A DNA stretch of 64,000 nucleotides, taken from Candidatus Thermosaccharophagus tengchongensis. GTDB taxonomy: Bacteria > Armatimonadota > Fervidibacteria > Fervidibacterales > Thermosaccharophagaceae. The notes below the pieces were generated by a model that saw only the letters and a list, made by a program, of their open reading frames with translations, did no database searches and was not told the DNA's origin. A program made the translations under genes and the position numbers. Location: assembly GCA_032161105.1 (NCBI GenBank), contig JAVHTD010000003.1, one strand, 5' to 3'. This document shows positions 62,277 to 64,000 of this stretch, in pieces. Every line of letters starts with the position of its first letter. Position 1 is the stretch's first letter.

Positions 62277-63464
62277 TGCTTCATAGAGACGCCTGTATAA
62301 CTCACTCTCAACCTGCGCTGCCTCTTCACCGACGGCACTCACCCAAGCATGGACTTCAAATGAGAGCGCGTCGGCGGAAAGCCTTGTCAACCTCACCCTC
62401 ACTGCCGGCTCGCTCAACACCATTGGGTGTAAGCTGACGGCTTCACGCAGCAATGCTTGAAGTGAATCAATGTCTTCAATGTGCGCTGTGCCAATTGAAA
62501 GCCGAATGCATGATGGGCTATCCTTTGACCATCGCACAACTGGCGCAGTGAGCAGTTGCATGTTTGGGATGATGACCTGCCTATCATCCTGGGCTCGTAT
62601 AACGATGGCTCTCGCCATTATGCGCTCAACCCTCCCAACCTGCCCAGCAACGCTTATCATGTCTCCGACGCGTATGGACTTCTCAGCGAGCAGCAATGCA
62701 CCGCTAATGAGGTTGTTGGCTATCTGCTGCATGCCAAAGCCGAGCCCCAAGCCGAATGCCCCAGCGAAGAACTTGAATGTGGATAAGCTCACACCGAGAA
62801 AATCAAGCGCTATGAGTGCCCCCAATGCAAGCGTGCTGAATTTCGCAACATGCGTGATGATGTGTGCGGCGTGCTCATCAAGCCCGTAGCGGGAGAGGGA
62901 AATCTGATATGCACATCTTGCAATTGTCCCGCTAAGGCGCAAGGAGATGAGGATGACGGCAATGGCGATGAGCACCGACAGGATTGAAACTTTCTGCCCG
63001 CCAATGCTGAGCTGCGGCTCCGAAATGAAAGAACCGACTTTGGGCAGCGTGCCGGAAAGATACATCGCTGTGAGAATGAGGACAAGCGGCAACCAGATTG
63101 TTAGTTCGTATCCCTTTGCGGCTTCGGGTGTGGTGAGCAATTGAATGACCTTTGCGCCGAGCAGATAAACGAGCGCGGCGAAAAGCGCAACAGACCCATA
63201 TGGCATCCAAGCAGCATACTCGCTCCATTCAAAAGCGAGCGAGACACAGTGCGCCAGTGATGCCGCAAGCGCTATCGGAAAGAGGCTCGCGAGCACCCTA
63301 AAAATTGGATGCACAGTTTCAATTGGGTATCGGCGCACGCAAACCCTTACAAGCCATCGCGCTGCCAGATAAGCAAGCAGGGCTATGAGCAGCTGCAACG
63401 CTAACCCAATGAGATGAGGCAACGAACTTTCGCCTATCTGGACTCCCCAACGCACCGCATTCAC
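62247..63464 (-). CDS. MscS family mechanosensitive channel
   Basis: GLGLGFGMQQIANNLISG, IRVGD, IIPN. Confidence 0.88.
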   Translation of the reverse strand: MNAVRWGVQIGESSLPHLIGLALQLLIALLAYLAARWLVRVCVRRYPIETVHPIFRVLASLFPIALAASLAHCVSLAFEWSEYAAWMPYGSVALFAALVYLLGAKVIQLLTTPEAAKGYELTIWLPLVLILTAMYLSGTLPKVGSFISEPQLSIGGQKVSILSVLIAIAVILISLRLSGTIARCAYQISLSRYGLDEHAAHIITHVAKFSTLALGALIALDFLGVSLSTFKFFAGAFGLGLGFGMQQIANNLISGALLLAEKSIRVGDMISVAGQVGRVERIMARAIVIRAQDDRQVIIPNMQLLTAPVVRWSKDSPSCIRLSIGTAHIEDIDSLQALLREAVSLHPMVLSEPAVRVRLTRLSADALSFEVHAWVSAVGEEAAQVESELYRRLYEALKGAGVAIR

Positions 63465-63856
63465 CTCTCACCAATAGCTTCCGCTAAAGCTCAATTGTAT
63501 TCGCCGAATGGCAAAGGGTGCCAAACGATGCGCACTAAATGTGGGTGAACAGCAAGGCCGGGCTATAAGGTGCATGCTTCACCCGTCGCATCATCTTGCA
63601 CCGCAATCGCTCTCAAAGGATGATGGTTCAAACTCCTTTGTCATGGACGGCTCTGCGCATCCCACTTCACCGCAAAGCGGGATGGTGCTGTCAACCACAT
63701 TAATCATCCCGCGCTACCAGTGAGATGTTCATCAAACCGTAAAGCTGCCTAATGCTGTGCCTAAATGCAACCTGACAAAGCTGGCTACCTGCGAATCTGT
63801 GGGCATACTTTAACCTGTGCCAGTTAAGGCGCTGAACTGCCGGAGGCGATGATGTC

Positions 63857-64000
63857 ATGGGCTCTCATTGCAACATCAGTGGTGCGCATGCAGCAAATGA
63901 TTTTGACACGCTCGCCTTTTCCTTAAGGTTGTATGAGCGTCAACCGCTTAAGCTCTCCTTCAGAGCCTCAAATTTGGATGAGGCGATTGAATGGCAACAC
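63857..64000 (+). CDS. N-terminus of a gene running off the right edge, possibly an alpha/beta hydrolase
   Basis: GGAGG then ATG 63857, open to the end: MGSHCNISGAHAANDFDTLAFSLRLYERQPLKLSFRASNLDEAIEWQH. Confidence 0.55.
   Translation, partial: MGSHCNISGAHAANDFDTLAFSLRLYERQPLKLSFRASNLDEAIEWQH

Noticed and set aside
63508..63723. 71-aa ORF
   Set aside because: No clear RBS or motif; lies in a divergent promoter region

Overview
Bacterial chromosomal window, densely coding, with no rRNA, tRNA or CRISPR array seen. Two prepilin-type/DUF1559/H-X9-DG genes and a long diderm-type MlaD suggest Armatimonadota (inference). Housekeeping genes include dnaB, rplI, wecB, mlaDFE, selB, a class A PBP, nnr, argG, thrB, acylphosphatase and larB. 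Main leads: (1) a membrane protein fusing a Zn-ribbon, an RbsC-type ABC permease that has lost its ATPase-coupling loop, a FecR-type domain and a TPR-like tail, directly upstream of a CHASE2 class III adenylate cyclase; (2) a rhodanese cut by an in-frame TGA at a C-x4-U position and followed by a SECIS-like hairpin, in a wrbA-rhodanese-MauE/DoxX operon, with selB in the same window; (3) a BlaI repressor plus Cys/His-rich M56 protease heading an outer-membrane channel + ZnuACB-type uptake operon, with a palindrome over the promoter. Also seen: a probable CTG-start gene, a duplicated promoter, orphan strong SD elements upstream of both pilin-like genes, 27-aa repeats in MlaD and a probable pseudo-glycosidase. 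All family calls come from motif recognition by eye, not database searches.
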